Assembly (NCBI GenBank): GCA_001600815.1
Contig: BCKZ01000008.1
Coordinates: 961,885-1,025,884 of the forward strand
Source: Alloascoidea hylecoeti
Taxonomy: Eukaryota
Length of the DNA stretch: 64,000 nucleotides
Reading direction: 5' to 3'
The notes beneath the pieces were generated by a model. That model saw only the letters and a list, made by a program, of their open reading frames with translations. It was not told the DNA's origin and made no database searches. Of the stretch, positions 1-11,813 are shown in pieces (position 1 is the first letter of the stretch; each line of letters opens with the position of its first letter). Both the position numbers and the translations under genes were made by a program.

Positions 1-11
1 ATCACTTTACA

Positions 12-1391
12 ATGAAGAATAGAAATGAATCAGACTCATCTTTCACCTCTGGGGCTGAATTTAGTCAAGGCTTCAGCTTTAGAGATAATTCCAATGCTAG
101 TTTATCTGACTATAGTTCTAATACTGGAAATTCTGGTGATAGTCCGATGTCAAATAAATCTCAATTACATGAAGCTTTTCCACAATTCCCAAGCGGTTTG
201 CCTATGATGGCGTTAACGCTAAGTAATCGGGCTGAGATTCATTCTCATATATTACTCCTACTTTCTTTTCTTTCTCAATCCACATTGAAATTAATTGCAA
301 AACATTATATTAAACATTTGGAACCTCGAAAGCAATCGTTGTATCCATATTGTAAAGGTGATGCTTCAAAACCAGACTGGTGGCCAAAAAAAATTAGACA
401 TCGTGAACCTGATCATTTGAATAGATTTGAACGAGGCGCGGTTATGGTTGATTTACTTCGTTATGTTGCTAGAAATGATATTAAGCAAAGAGGCAATATT
501 TTAATGTCACAAAATACTGATAATCAACGCATACGAAAGGAAGCAGACTCTGGTGAGAAAATGACAATTTCTGATCTTAAAACTATATCACTAAACCAAA
601 ACTTAAAATTAACGCTTAGAAAAAAACAAATTCTATCATTAATTTTTTTAATCGTTGAAAAAGAATCAGAATACAACTTAGGTTTGATAAAAAATCAAAA
701 ATTTTTTATTACTAATGTTAAAAAAATACCAAAGCAAAATACTCTTGATAAATGCCATGTTTGGAAGAATATTATTCCTGATGGTTCAAATTCTAGTAAT
801 CCTAGTGATAATGATGACAGTGAAATGGAAACAATTGACGAAGAAATGGATTTAGATATTTATAATTCTGCGGATATTACGACCCTAACAAATAAATCGA
901 CATCATCTGACGGTTTGGTTACTATCATTAAAAAAGGCACTACTGCTAATTATGAGGCTGTGAAAGAGGGAGTAAATTTTCAACACTTACTGAGTAATCA
1001 TGGTTTAATGACTTCGGCACTACAAAATCCAATATTAGACTCCGGCACAACATTATCACCACCATCTATACCACACAATCCTTTATCATATTCACACTTG
1101 GACAATGCTGATAAGTCAGTTATGTCGTATGGATTATCATTAGACAGCTATAATCATACTTATAATATTCCAAACCTCTCATTGTCGGCCCCCTCAATCA
1201 TGGATTTTAAGCCTACAACCACAAGGTCGTTTCAATCTTCAGATCCTTTTTCAACGCAAATTTCGACAATGGGAATGATTGCCCCACACCTAAGCAGTAC
1301 CGAAAGTGCACCATCACTAAATAGTCATGTTTCTCATTCTTTACATATTGATGAAGACTTAATCTTTTCTACCCATTTCGATGACATTTGA
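12..1391 (+). CDS. DUF2841-domain protein (YDR124W-like), 459 aa
   Basis: ORF contains KLIAKHYIKHLEPRKQSLYPY..KPDWWP..RHREPDHL, the typical fungal DUF2841 signature, followed by a Ser/Pro-rich tail. Confidence 0.75.
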   Translation: MKNRNESDSSFTSGAEFSQGFSFRDNSNASLSDYSSNTGNSGDSPMSNKSQLHEAFPQFPSGLPMMALTLSNRAEIHSHILLLLSFLSQSTLKLIAKHYIKHLEPRKQSLYPYCKGDASKPDWWPKKIRHREPDHLNRFERGAVMVDLLRYVARNDIKQRGNILMSQNTDNQRIRKEADSGEKMTISDLKTISLNQNLKLTLRKKQILSLIFLIVEKESEYNLGLIKNQKFFITNVKKIPKQNTLDKCHVWKNIIPDGSNSSNPSDNDDSEMETIDEEMDLDIYNSADITTLTNKSTSSDGLVTIIKKGTTANYEAVKEGVNFQHLLSNHGLMTSALQNPILDSGTTLSPPSIPHNPLSYSHLDNADKSVMSYGLSLDSYNHTYNIPNLSLSAPSIMDFKPTTTRSFQSSDPFSTQISTMGMIAPHLSSTESAPSLNSHVSHSLHIDEDLIFSTHFDDI

Positions 1392-1754
1392 GATGTTTTA
1401 CTACGGATAACTTTATTATATAATATTAAACGATAACTAAAGGTAGGAAAAAAAGGACAGTTTGCTTAGTCAATTGCAAAATCGCGGTTTACCTGGGTTA
1501 TATATACGCTTATGTTATGCCTGTAGTTTATCGTGAGCACTAAATATGGGCCACAGTGAGGACTAAACCAAATTACAAATTACATAATTGGTGTTTCGAA
1601 TATATTCCAATACTGAATAATTATTTAAGATCTTATATATCATTTAGTTACCAGTAATCGAGCAAAATATTTAAATATCTATAATACTGTTGAAGCAATT
1701 CACTAGAAAGTTAATTATATTGTATTGTAGCTTTCATTTGCAATTAATGATCAA

Positions 1755-2000
1755 GGTCTCATATGAAGAAAAGCGACACCCTGGTCCACATTCCAGTCTT
1801 AAGCTTTGCCTTGTTTTTTTCATTGGCCTCCCCACTAGCATGGATAGTAGCATCCACTCTGGTACCCTGTTTCCTCTTTCGGATTTACCGAAGTTTGCTT
1901 ATAATTACAGTGATAACGAGATTATTGTTCTTTCTTATCTTACACCTTAAGTTTTCTGCCAATGGTTTAACCTTCAACCGTATTCGCTAATATTGGCCTT
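1755..2000 (-). mobile_element. Possible highly decayed Tc1/mariner transposase fragment
   Basis: Minus-strand frameshifted reading gives TIGRKLK (HTH-like) and DWNVDQ(W)CRFSS(Y)ET, resembling the Tc1 'DW..QW..V.FSDE' motif. Very degenerate. Confidence 0.25.
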
Positions 2001-2297
2001 TACAGTACCAAAAAGGATTGGCTGTGTATTTTATGAAACTATCTGGAAGCTTTATATCAATTTTATAGCACATAATGAAAACATATAGGCCTATAGCTAC
2101 GTTTTGAAAAAAATATTTACTATACCTAGACAAGTTTTTAGATTTATCGATATAAATCGAGAAATCAATTATATTAATTATAATCTTAAACGGTTGACGT
2201 TTATAACAGATCTGAAGATAAAAACAAATAGCCAAATGAAATATAAAATAACAACATCCTAAAACAAAACCAACAATATTAATAATAATTATTATAA

Positions 2298-3034
2298 TTA
2301 TAATGCAACAGGAATTGATCTCTTTGGCTTTGTCCTTAAGAAATGTGAAGGACATTCAGTTTTTGTTGGATTCTTGAAAATATATAATTGATGATATTCT
2401 TCAGCATCCCAGAAATTTTCAATTGGTTCAAAGGCAGTTACAATTTCATCTTCTGGATAATATTTTAATTGAACTTTTTGTTTGATTATTTCAGCTCTTC
2501 GTTTTTGTTCTTCGGTATGGTAAAAAATTGCTGAACGATATTGAATTCCAACATCATGATCTTGACGATTTAATGTCGTAGGATCGTGTATTCGAAAAAA
2601 GAAATCGATCAATGTTTCAAATGTCACAAGTTCTGGATCATATACTAACTGTAATACTTCAGTATCTATATGGAAATAAATAGATTGTTAGATAAATAAG
2701 TTATCGTATTAGAAATATAAGAGTACTTACGTCCAGTTGTGTCAGTTTTGACATCTTTGTATGTAGGATTTAATGTTGTTCCATTAGCATAACCAACTCT
2801 AGCATCAATTAACCCTTTTCCATTAATTGCAAAAAACTTTCTATAAAGAGATTCAATACCCCAGAAACAGCCACCAGCAATTGTTATAACTTCATGTTCA
2901 GGAGCAACGGTAATAGATCTTGAAATAGTAAAATCCTGTGGGTTATTTAAATCAGGAAGAACATTAACCGTTATTATAGATTCCTGCAACTTTGGGTTTA
3001 CGTTTGTTATTGTATCTGGAGTTTCAACAGTCAT
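2298..3034 (-). CDS. MXR1: Peptide-methionine (S)-S-oxide reductase MsrA; 2 exons (3034-2731, 2665-2298), 223 aa
   Basis: GGCFWG catalytic motif, then HDPTTLNRQ..DVG.QYRSAIF and AEEYHQLY. The 65-nt GTAAGT...TAG intron (2730-2666) joins the two ORFs in frame, restoring TGHTEV. Confidence 0.93.
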
Positions 3035-3607
3035 TTTAACGATTTGTCAATTTTAGTGCAAAAAAAGGATAAAAAGTGTAAAATAGGAATATCACCTCTA
3101 TTTATATATCATGAGCTATTTAACTATAGAGTCCTCTCGGAATCTTTTTTTTTTTCCGTTATGCCAGTTTTGCGTTTTTACACGTGAATTCACCAATACA
3201 ATTAGACAGCTTGATGAGTCAGACTTGACTGGGATATTTAAATCCTCCAGCTCGAGAAAATATTTTTAATTATAAAGTTTATCAAAAAATATATTGCTTT
3301 TAGTTTAAATTATAGGATTTTTCCAATTAAATATGAGTATTGCAATTGAGTTTCAATTGATGGAGCGTTTCGTTGGACTTTTTACTTCACAGTCTTACTT
3401 ACCACAATACACTATAGCTATAGCGCTAGCTATAATGATGGTATCGACTTAACTAATTATTTATATCATGATCATTCTATTTGAATAAATCTGATCAAGT
3501 TCAATTGTAAAGGATATACCCAACGTCTAGTGGTGTCGTGTAATTGTCTAAAATAACCTTCAAATTAAATGATTTCTCATGATTTTATATTACCGTAGAT
3601 CGTCATA

Positions 3608-4831
3608 TTATACTAAAGACACTTCAATAATTGATCTAGCAACACCCTGACTTTTGATCTCAAAAACTGTTTTATGCTTGATATTTAATTCCGTTTCTCG
3701 GATTCGAGAATCTAAACATTCTGTGAATTCTCTTGTACCTCCTCCAACTCCAAAATATATATTTTTAGCTGCTACTAAAGATCTGTTTTTGAATATTTTA
3801 TTTTTATTTGGTGAAGGACGTCCAAGTTTTAGCAGCATTTCAACAAATAACGGTATAGTTTTAGGTTCATAGATAGTTTCACTACCAAGTATTAAATCAT
3901 ATCCTTTTTCTGTTTGAGATATTAAATCAATAAAATCTTTTGACCAGCCACCAGAAACAAAATCAACGACGATATTTAACTTTTGTAAATCTTCAATCAT
4001 AAAGTTGATAAGTTTGGAGGTTATTTGTAATTCACCTTCTCTCGGTGGAGCAATATTTTCCCATTCGTTATCCCCCTTTTGTAAAGATTCAAGGAGTGAT
4101 GATGATATTGATTTACTCCAAGCTATTATGATATTCACAGCGGTGACATACTTAATAACAGGATAATTAAAGTCAGCAAGTGTGAATCTAATTTTTGGTT
4201 GTTTTGATATTTCTTCATCACTTTCATCATTATTTCGAATCTGAAATCTAGTTTTTAGAAAATTTTCAAAAAGATAAACAGAAGGTAATGCAGTTCCACA
4301 ACCTAATTCCAATATTCTCACCTCATCTTCAGACTTATCATTAACCCAATTCCAATTCCAATTACTTTTATCTGAGTCTAAAAAATCAATTAAATCAAGG
4401 GTAGATTCCCACATTTTTAATCCCCCTTCATAAATATCTCTTCTTAAATCTTCATTATCTAAGACACTCATTAATTTTGTTCCATCATTTGCAATATCTT
4501 CGTTTTTGTTAATCTTGTCTTTTGTTTTCATATCTTCTTCAAGCATTAGTTGAAATTTGACATCAAATAAGTCTCTACGTGACAACACAACACCACTATT
4601 TGTTTTGATGTCTGAATACGAAATCCGGACCCCAGCTGATGATGATAAAATGTCTTTCAATGTGAATAAATTTGGTTTATTCGAACTTGTAATTGTAATA
4701 TCATCTAAGGGATTTCGTACCAAAGAAGTGAAGGTTGGAGGATTAGCCGATGGAGAAGATGAACCATCATAATTAGGAGTTGACTCGAAGTCAGAATCAG
4801 AATCTTCAGCAAAATCAAATTTAAATGACAT
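3608..4831 (-). CDS. HPM1: Histidine protein methyltransferase (METTL18 family)
   Basis: RRDLFDVKFQLM, YEGGLKMWES, LELGCGTALPS (SAM motif I), LGSETIY and YFGVGGG. Confidence 0.9.
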   Translation of the reverse strand: MSFKFDFAEDSDSDFESTPNYDGSSSPSANPPTFTSLVRNPLDDITITSSNKPNLFTLKDILSSSAGVRISYSDIKTNSGVVLSRRDLFDVKFQLMLEEDMKTKDKINKNEDIANDGTKLMSVLDNEDLRRDIYEGGLKMWESTLDLIDFLDSDKSNWNWNWVNDKSEDEVRILELGCGTALPSVYLFENFLKTRFQIRNNDESDEEISKQPKIRFTLADFNYPVIKYVTAVNIIIAWSKSISSSLLESLQKGDNEWENIAPPREGELQITSKLINFMIEDLQKLNIVVDFVSGGWSKDFIDLISQTEKGYDLILGSETIYEPKTIPLFVEMLLKLGRPSPNKNKIFKNRSLVAAKNIYFGVGGGTREFTECLDSRIRETELNIKHKTVFEIKSQGVARSIIEVSLV

Positions 4832-5346
4832 TTTTAGACAAATGTTTTATACATCTTTGAAATTTTCAGTGATCTTTATATCCGGGTAAATTATGAAGTT
4901 TCAGGTACACGGTCACATGATCACGATGTTACACAAAGCACAAACAAAATTATGGGAATATACAAAAGTAAGATGAAGGAGTAAAAAGAAGATATTGATT
5001 AATAAATGTTGATTTTGTAAATATTATTATCTACATTCAACTAAATCCCGGGTAATGGAATCTGTTTCCCGTGGATGCTTATTTCATTACCAAACAAGCC
5101 TATACCGATATCCCAAATGTTTAAGAAGCATATTCATTATTATCAGGTACTGAAATAATCTCTACGTGATAATAATCTAATGGTTATGGTTGTATTTCTT
5201 CTTTGGGGCACTATTCATACTTTCATTTATATTGTTTATGTGCGACTGAACGGCTCGCAATTGCATTGATCTCATGATGCGTTTTCAGCCACCCCAGCCA
5301 CACTAAGATAATTTTATATTTTGTTCATTTATGTAAAATGTATGTA

Positions 5347-5814
5347 TTATTTCGACTGGACATAATTAACACCACCGCTGAAAGGTTCTGCATTCTTACT
5401 GTTAAGATATTCCGTTGATTTCTCTTGCCATTCCCTATTCAGAGAAACAACATCATCTGGTGCTGTAACACGAGTGATCACAAATAATAATAGTCCAAGT
5501 CCAACACCAAGAGTCGTTCCCAAAACAATCTTCTGAACATCACCTTTCCCGTGTATTGGCTTTCTAGGTCCCCATGAACCGTATGCAATGTACCATGCTG
5601 CCTTTTTCTCATGATCCGTCAATTCACTCCACGGTCCTTTTTGACGCTCTTCAAGTTGATTGACGATCTCACGTTGTTGTTCTTTAGATAAATTAATCCA
5701 ACGATTAGGGAGGTCTGTGATTGTTGGGGCCGAAATGTGAGCAAATCTAGTAGCGCTGACCCGAGCGATGGTAAAACTTGTAGGACGAGAAAAAGCTATG
5801 ACAGATCGTAACAT
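5347..5814 (-). CDS. COX5: Cytochrome c oxidase subunit V (COX4/COX5 family)
   Basis: Mitochondrial presequence, then LPNRW...ERQKGPWSELT..EKKAAWYIAYGSWGPR, a single TM helix and EWQEKSTEYL. Confidence 0.93.
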   Translation of the reverse strand: MLRSVIAFSRPTSFTIARVSATRFAHISAPTITDLPNRWINLSKEQQREIVNQLEERQKGPWSELTDHEKKAAWYIAYGSWGPRKPIHGKGDVQKIVLGTTLGVGLGLLLFVITRVTAPDDVVSLNREWQEKSTEYLNSKNAEPFSGGVNYVQSK

Positions 5815-7235
5815 TTATATTATGTTGTAAAATACGGCCCTAATTATAAAAAATGAAAATACATAGGAAAGAAAACGAGGATAACATGAATATATATGGA
5901 ATTGATATACAAACTAGCCAATCCTAAATCAATAGATAATAAAAACAACAAAAGAGTTAAAGTTTAAAAAGCACACCACTCTTCAATTAGAATCCAAGAA
6001 TTTCATTAACATAAGCTCCACTTCAAATTGATAATAGAACTATTATTGTGCGGGCGCCTTTTCACATGAATGATCCTATTAGAAGACAGATAATTTGTTT
6101 TCATAATCAGTATTGGTGATATTTTGATTGAAAATGAGAGTTGTTTATTGGCTCAATTTTTAATTTTGGTATCTATTTTTTTGCATTCGCAATACTATTT
6201 ATGATCAGACCACTTCCATTTTTCAGATATATGTTGTTTTACTTTTTGCATGACAAGTTAAAAAACACTCTTTTCAAAATCACTATTGTTGATCAGGGAT
6301 ATCGATATATCATTAATACTAATTTTGCCGTGTAAATTGTAATCCATAACGTTACTTTGATCATTATCCTTGTGCACATGTTTGTTAATTACTATAGGAA
6401 GCCCCTCACTTTTTCAGCGAGCAATCACGATATCATATTTGAAAATCACACTTAAAACTGATTATATTTCATGATAAGTATAATAAGTATTCAAATTGCA
6501 GGAGAAAAACCTTATACATTATAATTTGAAGTCAAAATATTTAAGTGTGAAATATCGCTTTATTTATAGTTTCGATATAATTTCTAATTTTCATTATTTA
6601 TATTGCTCAAATTTTACTCATTTCCTTAATAAATCTAATTTTTTTCGAGCTCTAGTGCTGATAAATTTGCAAAATTATAAATTGTTCCCGTGTAATTATA
6701 ACGGCTCACGATCAATTAAAGTATGATAACCAATTTTAATATTTAAACAACTAGATCGATCCCCTTCATCATAAATTAATAATTATTAATTAAACTTCTA
6801 TAGCTGTCTACCTCGTATATCGAATACACCACGTACTAACTCGTACTTATTTACGATTGATAGTATTAATTGTTTTTAAATTTGTTTTATTAATAAAATA
6901 TTTAGTTTCATGATCATTATACATTTAATCATGTAGCTATCTCTTATCTTTAAGTCGATTTAGAATTGTTACAATCCCTTTAAACTCAAAAATAAATCAT
7001 ATTTATATTAATATAGTACAAGTAAAATTTCAGTTTCAGTTCCGATTTCATTTCATAACATTTTTTAATAGTTTTTTTCCTTCATATTATTCATTTATTG
7101 AGTTGTTGTGCTTTTTCTAGACTTCATCCGTTATTTTTATTTATTTAGTTGTATAATATCCAATATATCAAACTTTCATGCTCAAGTTATTTAAGTACCG
7201 TTCCATAAACGAAAAATGTGTGTCTCTATAAAATC

Positions 7236-10200
7236 TCATTTCATTAATCTCACTCTCATAGGTGTACTGTCATTATTAGGATTTGCTACCGTATGACTGA
7301 CTGAATTTAATGAATTAGATTGTGACTGTGATTGTAATGATTCATCTTGCAGCCCAATAGAATACAAACTACCTTTGTTGATTAAACCCACAACAGTATG
7401 ATATTTCTTTTCAATCAATGAGAGTACCTCATCAGCCCTAAGCCAGTGCAAATCTAATCGACAGAATTTCTCTTTATCCTTAGATTTAGCCTTTAATCGC
7501 GCATCAAGAGGAATATGCTTTTGTGATACTGGGTCCGATAGAAAAACATTAAACACTCTCCAAAGCTTCTTTTTATCATCAATAGATATCCTAATTCTTG
7601 TCAAGTTAGGATTTAAACTATTAAAATTAGATAAACCAAGCATTAAAATAAGTTGAATGTCGACAACAAAAAGTCCTTTGTAGCCAGATGTGTCAGATCC
7701 AATATCAAGAGTGATTTCATCGGAAGAAATCGAATATAAGGGAACATATCGTTTAGTAGTTTCAATCGAAACCGTGGAACTAAATTTCGCATTTAATAGA
7801 CCCGAAGGATAGCCTTTTCGAATTAACAAACGTTGTTCTCTATCTTTACGTTCTTCTTCTTCTTTGATCTTTACAAGTAATTCTGCTTTCTTCTTTTCGC
7901 TTAACTCCTTGGCCTTTTGCTTTCGATCCTCCTCCTCTCTTAATTGTTGATTTTTCTCCTCTGTTTTTCGCTTCTCAATACTTTCCAGTCCATGGAGAAT
8001 GGCTTGTTCCTGTTGTCTTCTTTTTAATAGCTTCTTCTGTTTATATAGCTCCCTCTTCTTTTGCTCTTCTTTCTTTTGCTCTTCTTTCTTTTGCTCTTCT
8101 TTCTTTTGCTCTTCTTTCTTTTGCTCTTCTTTCTTTTTGCCTTCATTCTCGGAAGTTGAAGTTGGAACATTCGAGTTAGAAACTAGAGGTTCCTTCTCAG
8201 AAGCAATGGTCAAATTTGTTGGTGATTTTGAGTCAATATTGCTATTATTGCCTGATTCCTTGAAAATTTTCTTTGGATTATTATAGTCACTATCATAAAT
8301 TGGTTCTTTACTCTGGAGCCTAAAGTGATCGTGATTTATAGAAATTTCGCTATCTTGAGGAAATTTATCCTTTTTATTTTTCTTCCTTTTTTCCTTGTCA
8401 TCACGCGTTGTTGAGAAATTTTTGTCAATAGAAGATATTGAAGACTTTTTGTGGAGACTAGTATTATAATCATTAAAAGAAATTACTTTTTCAATGGGTG
8501 TTGTTTCCTTGCTCTTAATGGCTTTGCTTGTAACATCGTCTGTGGATGTGATAGAAGGAGATATTAATCTATCATTATTACTACTGTTATTCTTTACTTT
8601 AAATTGCTTTAATTTTTTGTTATTGGTATTTTCTAATCTAGAAGAAGATTTTGATTTATTACGACCGTTGTATTTCATATTTTTGTCATTATTAGATTCA
8701 TTAGCTTTTGCACCTTTATCATCATTATCATGTTTAATTTCATTTTTAATCTCATGTTCGACTTGAGAAGACTTATTAACATCGATATTTTCGACATGTA
8801 TTTTTTCCTTGGGTCGAATTTTAATTTTTTCTCTTCCTCTCTTTGTTTCACTTTGTTTGAAAATGTCAGATTTAGTCTTTGAGCTAGATATAGGACTTGA
8901 AGTTTGCGATTGGGATTGAGTGAGAGGTGATTTCATACTAATTTCTTTGAATCTATCATCAGTAGAATCTTCCACATGTGGTGATGGAGACATTGAGGAC
9001 ATAACATTTCCTTGTACTAATCTTCGTTTCTTAGTTCGTCTTCCATGTTCGGAATCATGACCATTCGAATTTGCATAAGATTTTGTTTTCTTTTCACGTT
9101 GTTGGTCTTTACTATCTCTATCTCTTTTTCGATCTTTAGTAACGTTATTGTTCGTATTCTTAAGAGGTCGTATTTTCTCTTTGGTATCATGCTTTTCTTT
9201 ATCTTGTTGTTTATCATTATTATCATTATCATTATCATTATCATCATTATCCTTAATATTATGTTCCTTTTTATAGTTTATGATTGCTTCACGTATTAAT
9301 ACTGTTTCTTCATCATCAGATCCTAATAATTCCTTTGCAACGTCCAATAAAGTTCTACCATCAACCGTTCGGCGGCATGGATTTGCACCTGATTGTAATA
9401 ATAACTGAACAGTTTCTAGATGACCACGTCCAATGGTTTCTTCTAAAGCAGTTGAACCATCTTCATTAATTGAATCGCTTTCGGCACCGAATGCTAATAG
9501 TAAACTAACAACATTTGTATGACCATGTTTTGCGGCCAATGATAAACAATCTGCATTTGCTGTACCTCCATTTTCAAGATAATTACCAACAAATTCCATA
9601 TCACCATCAGCGGCTTTACTATAAACTTGTTCTCTACCTGTTCTAGTAGTAAAATCCATCCATAATAAATCATTTCTTGCAGGGTGAATTCTTGAACCTC
9701 CTCTTCGGTTTTTACCACTTGTTTGTTTCTGTTGTTGGCCATCTGCAGTAACTGATTGAGAACGGGAGTAAACACCATCAGGAGCAGGACTTCTACTATG
9801 TCCAGTATCATCTTCATTACTTTGTCTCCTTTTATTTCTAAATTTTTTAGAAACTTCTCTTAAAATTTGATATAATTCTTTACTGTTTTTACTATCTTCC
9901 TGAATACCATCCATTGCATTCTGACCTTGATAATTTGTAATCCTTGGGTCAGCGCCACGTTCCAATAGTAGTTTTACAGTATCGATATGATCATTTGAAA
10001 CCGCATCAATCAATGGAGTATCTTGAACAGGAGTATTTGACATTACATTAATTATTGCCCCATGATCTAACAAAAGTCTTACTAATTCAGTATGACCTTT
10101 TAAAGCAGCTTCGTGTAATGAAGTATTACCAGCATAGTCGCAATCGTTAACATCAGCACCATCTAGTAATAGTTGTTTAGCTTCATTGTATTTACCCTTG

Positions 10201-11813
10201 TCACAGAATCGTTGTAATCTTGATCTCCCCCCTGAATCACGACCAACCTTACCAGATTTTCGTCGAATATGTGCGACTCCTTGCTTTCGTGGCATCATGG
10301 TTGATTTAGAAGAAGAACTATTTTTAGAGGTTGGTGGATTTTGACTTGCAGAATTTTTTATAGGGGGTGTTGACCGAGATTGATCGTCGTTATTGCTATA
10401 AACAGGCGAGCTTGAACGGGATTGATCAGAACTACTAGTGTTGGTATTATTATTAGCAGTGTGAGGATAATTTTGATGGTCAATAATCAATCTTTTTGCT
10501 ATTGATTGTTGTTGAGATTTTTGATTTGTATAATGTGATGAAGGAGAAGTCGAATTAGAATGAGAATGGGAAGGAGAACGAGAACGAGAACGAGTTTGAG
10601 AGATTGGTTGTGGCGTTGGACTGGATTCATCACCTTCCAGTGCATCTTCCGAGTCACTTTTGACCTCACGTCTTTGACGTTTTATCCGTCTTCCTAATCG
10701 TTTATGTTTATGTTTGTGTTTGCGATCACGAGATGGACGTGGCGGAGAATCAGCGATATCAGTATCTGCTTCAGAATCAGATGTCATTATATTACTACTT
10801 TGACTTTGACTAAGGCGATGATTAGCGCGAGTTGTGAGGGTATTTGGTTTCGGAGAAATTGTCGTTGATTCAAATTCACTATATATTGTACTCTGTGGTG
10901 TTTTAGATGCTGATCTCGACCTTGATCCCGACCTAGATCTCGATCTTGAGTTCGATTTTGACTTCGATTTAGTCGAAATTTTTGAACTTGAATCTAAGTT
11001 TAAATTCAAATTTGATGTTGGAAAAGGAGACGAAAAAGAGGTTGGAGATTTTGCTGATAATTTTGAAGGGTGTGATGTTGTTGAAGTAGAATCATGATGG
11101 TCTTTTGAACTTAAAGTCGACGAAGAGCCACCAGCTGATTGATAATTTATAGAGAAATTATTAATATTATTCGTCGTAGGCTCAGATTTTATCGATACTT
11201 CTGTTTGAGGACGAGGAGACGATAAAAAATTTGAAGAGTGTTTATTTGAAATTTTAGAAGAAGTGGATGGTGAAGATGTTGTTGTAGGTATAGAGGGCGT
11301 TATTGAAGATATACTTGGAGGTTTTATTTTTGATGCTTTCAGGGATGTAATCGCAGATAAATTGGAATCATGATTAAGGTGTTTATCACGCGATGATATT
11401 GAAGAAGATTGTTTTTTATCATAATCTTTTTCTTTGTCTTTAATATTCTCATTGGTTATAATATATTTTTTTTGTGTATTTGAATTAGTGTGTTTTTTTG
11501 ATACCATCTTAAGCTTTGGTGTTAGTGGCGACGACAACCGTGTCGCACCCATGCTTTTGTGTCCCGAAAATATAGAAGATGTTTTTTTATGACTAGTCGG
11601 ACCAACGCTCATATTAATGGTATTACTACTCACAGCTGGTGTATCAGAATTAAGATGGTTTGCCGCTGAGGGGATGGATTTATTTGTCGAAGAAGAAAGT
11701 GCTGATGTGTTGTTATTATTTATGTTGGTAGCGCTATTATTGGATGAAGCCTGTGACTTTGATTTCTTTAGAAAACTATACGATGAACTCGTGTTATATT
11801 CTCCCATTTCCAT
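7236..11813 (-). CDS. HOS4: Ankyrin-repeat subunit of the Set3 histone deacetylase complex; first ATG 11813 (ORF track starts at a TTG, 11918)
   Basis: GRSRLQRFCDKG...AGNTSLHEAALKGH...DTPLIDAVSNDH ankyrin repeats inside Ser-rich and Lys-rich low-complexity sequence, the Hos4 architecture. Confidence 0.75.
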   Translation of the reverse strand: MEMGEYNTSSSYSFLKKSKSQASSNNSATNINNNNTSALSSSTNKSIPSAANHLNSDTPAVSSNTINMSVGPTSHKKTSSIFSGHKSMGATRLSSPLTPKLKMVSKKHTNSNTQKKYIITNENIKDKEKDYDKKQSSSISSRDKHLNHDSNLSAITSLKASKIKPPSISSITPSIPTTTSSPSTSSKISNKHSSNFLSSPRPQTEVSIKSEPTTNNINNFSINYQSAGGSSSTLSSKDHHDSTSTTSHPSKLSAKSPTSFSSPFPTSNLNLNLDSSSKISTKSKSKSNSRSRSRSGSRSRSASKTPQSTIYSEFESTTISPKPNTLTTRANHRLSQSQSSNIMTSDSEADTDIADSPPRPSRDRKHKHKHKRLGRRIKRQRREVKSDSEDALEGDESSPTPQPISQTRSRSRSPSHSHSNSTSPSSHYTNQKSQQQSIAKRLIIDHQNYPHTANNNTNTSSSDQSRSSSPVYSNNDDQSRSTPPIKNSASQNPPTSKNSSSSKSTMMPRKQGVAHIRRKSGKVGRDSGGRSRLQRFCDKGKYNEAKQLLLDGADVNDCDYAGNTSLHEAALKGHTELVRLLLDHGAIINVMSNTPVQDTPLIDAVSNDHIDTVKLLLERGADPRITNYQGQNAMDGIQEDSKNSKELYQILREVSKKFRNKRRQSNEDDTGHSRSPAPDGVYSRSQSVTADGQQQKQTSGKNRRGGSRIHPARNDLLWMDFTTRTGREQVYSKAADGDMEFVGNYLENGGTANADCLSLAAKHGHTNVVSLLLAFGAESDSINEDGSTALEETIGRGHLETVQLLLQSGANPCRRTVDGRTLLDVAKELLGSDDEETVLIREAIINYKKEHNIKDNDDNDNDNDNNDKQQDKEKHDTKEKIRPLKNTNNNVTKDRKRDRDSKDQQREKKTKSYANSNGHDSEHGRRTKKRRLVQGNVMSSMSPSPHVEDSTDDRFKEISMKSPLTQSQSQTSSPISSSKTKSDIFKQSETKRGREKIKIRPKEKIHVENIDVNKSSQVEHEIKNEIKHDNDDKGAKANESNNDKNMKYNGRNKSKSSSRLENTNNKKLKQFKVKNNSSNNDRLISPSITSTDDVTSKAIKSKETTPIEKVISFNDYNTSLHKKSSISSIDKNFSTTRDDKEKRKKNKKDKFPQDSEISINHDHFRLQSKEPIYDSDYNNPKKIFKESGNNSNIDSKSPTNLTIASEKEPLVSNSNVPTSTSENEGKKKEEQKKEEQKKEEQKKEEQKKEEQKKRELYKQKKLLKRRQQEQAILHGLESIEKRKTEEKNQQLREEEDRKQKAKELSEKKKAELLVKIKEEEERKDREQRLLIRKGYPSGLLNAKFSSTVSIETTKRYVPLYSISSDEITLDIGSDTSGYKGLFVVDIQLILMLGLSNFNSLNPNLTRIRISIDDKKKLWRVFNVFLSDPVSQKHIPLDARLKAKSKDKEKFCRLDLHWLRADEVLSLIEKKYHTVVGLINKGSLYSIGLQDESLQSQSQSNSLNSVSHTVANPNNDSTPMRVRLMK
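8056..8136 (-). repeat. 15-bp coding tandem repeat, (KKEEQ)x5
   Basis: Repeated TTCTTTTGCTCTTCT units inside the HOS4 ORF. Confidence 0.9.
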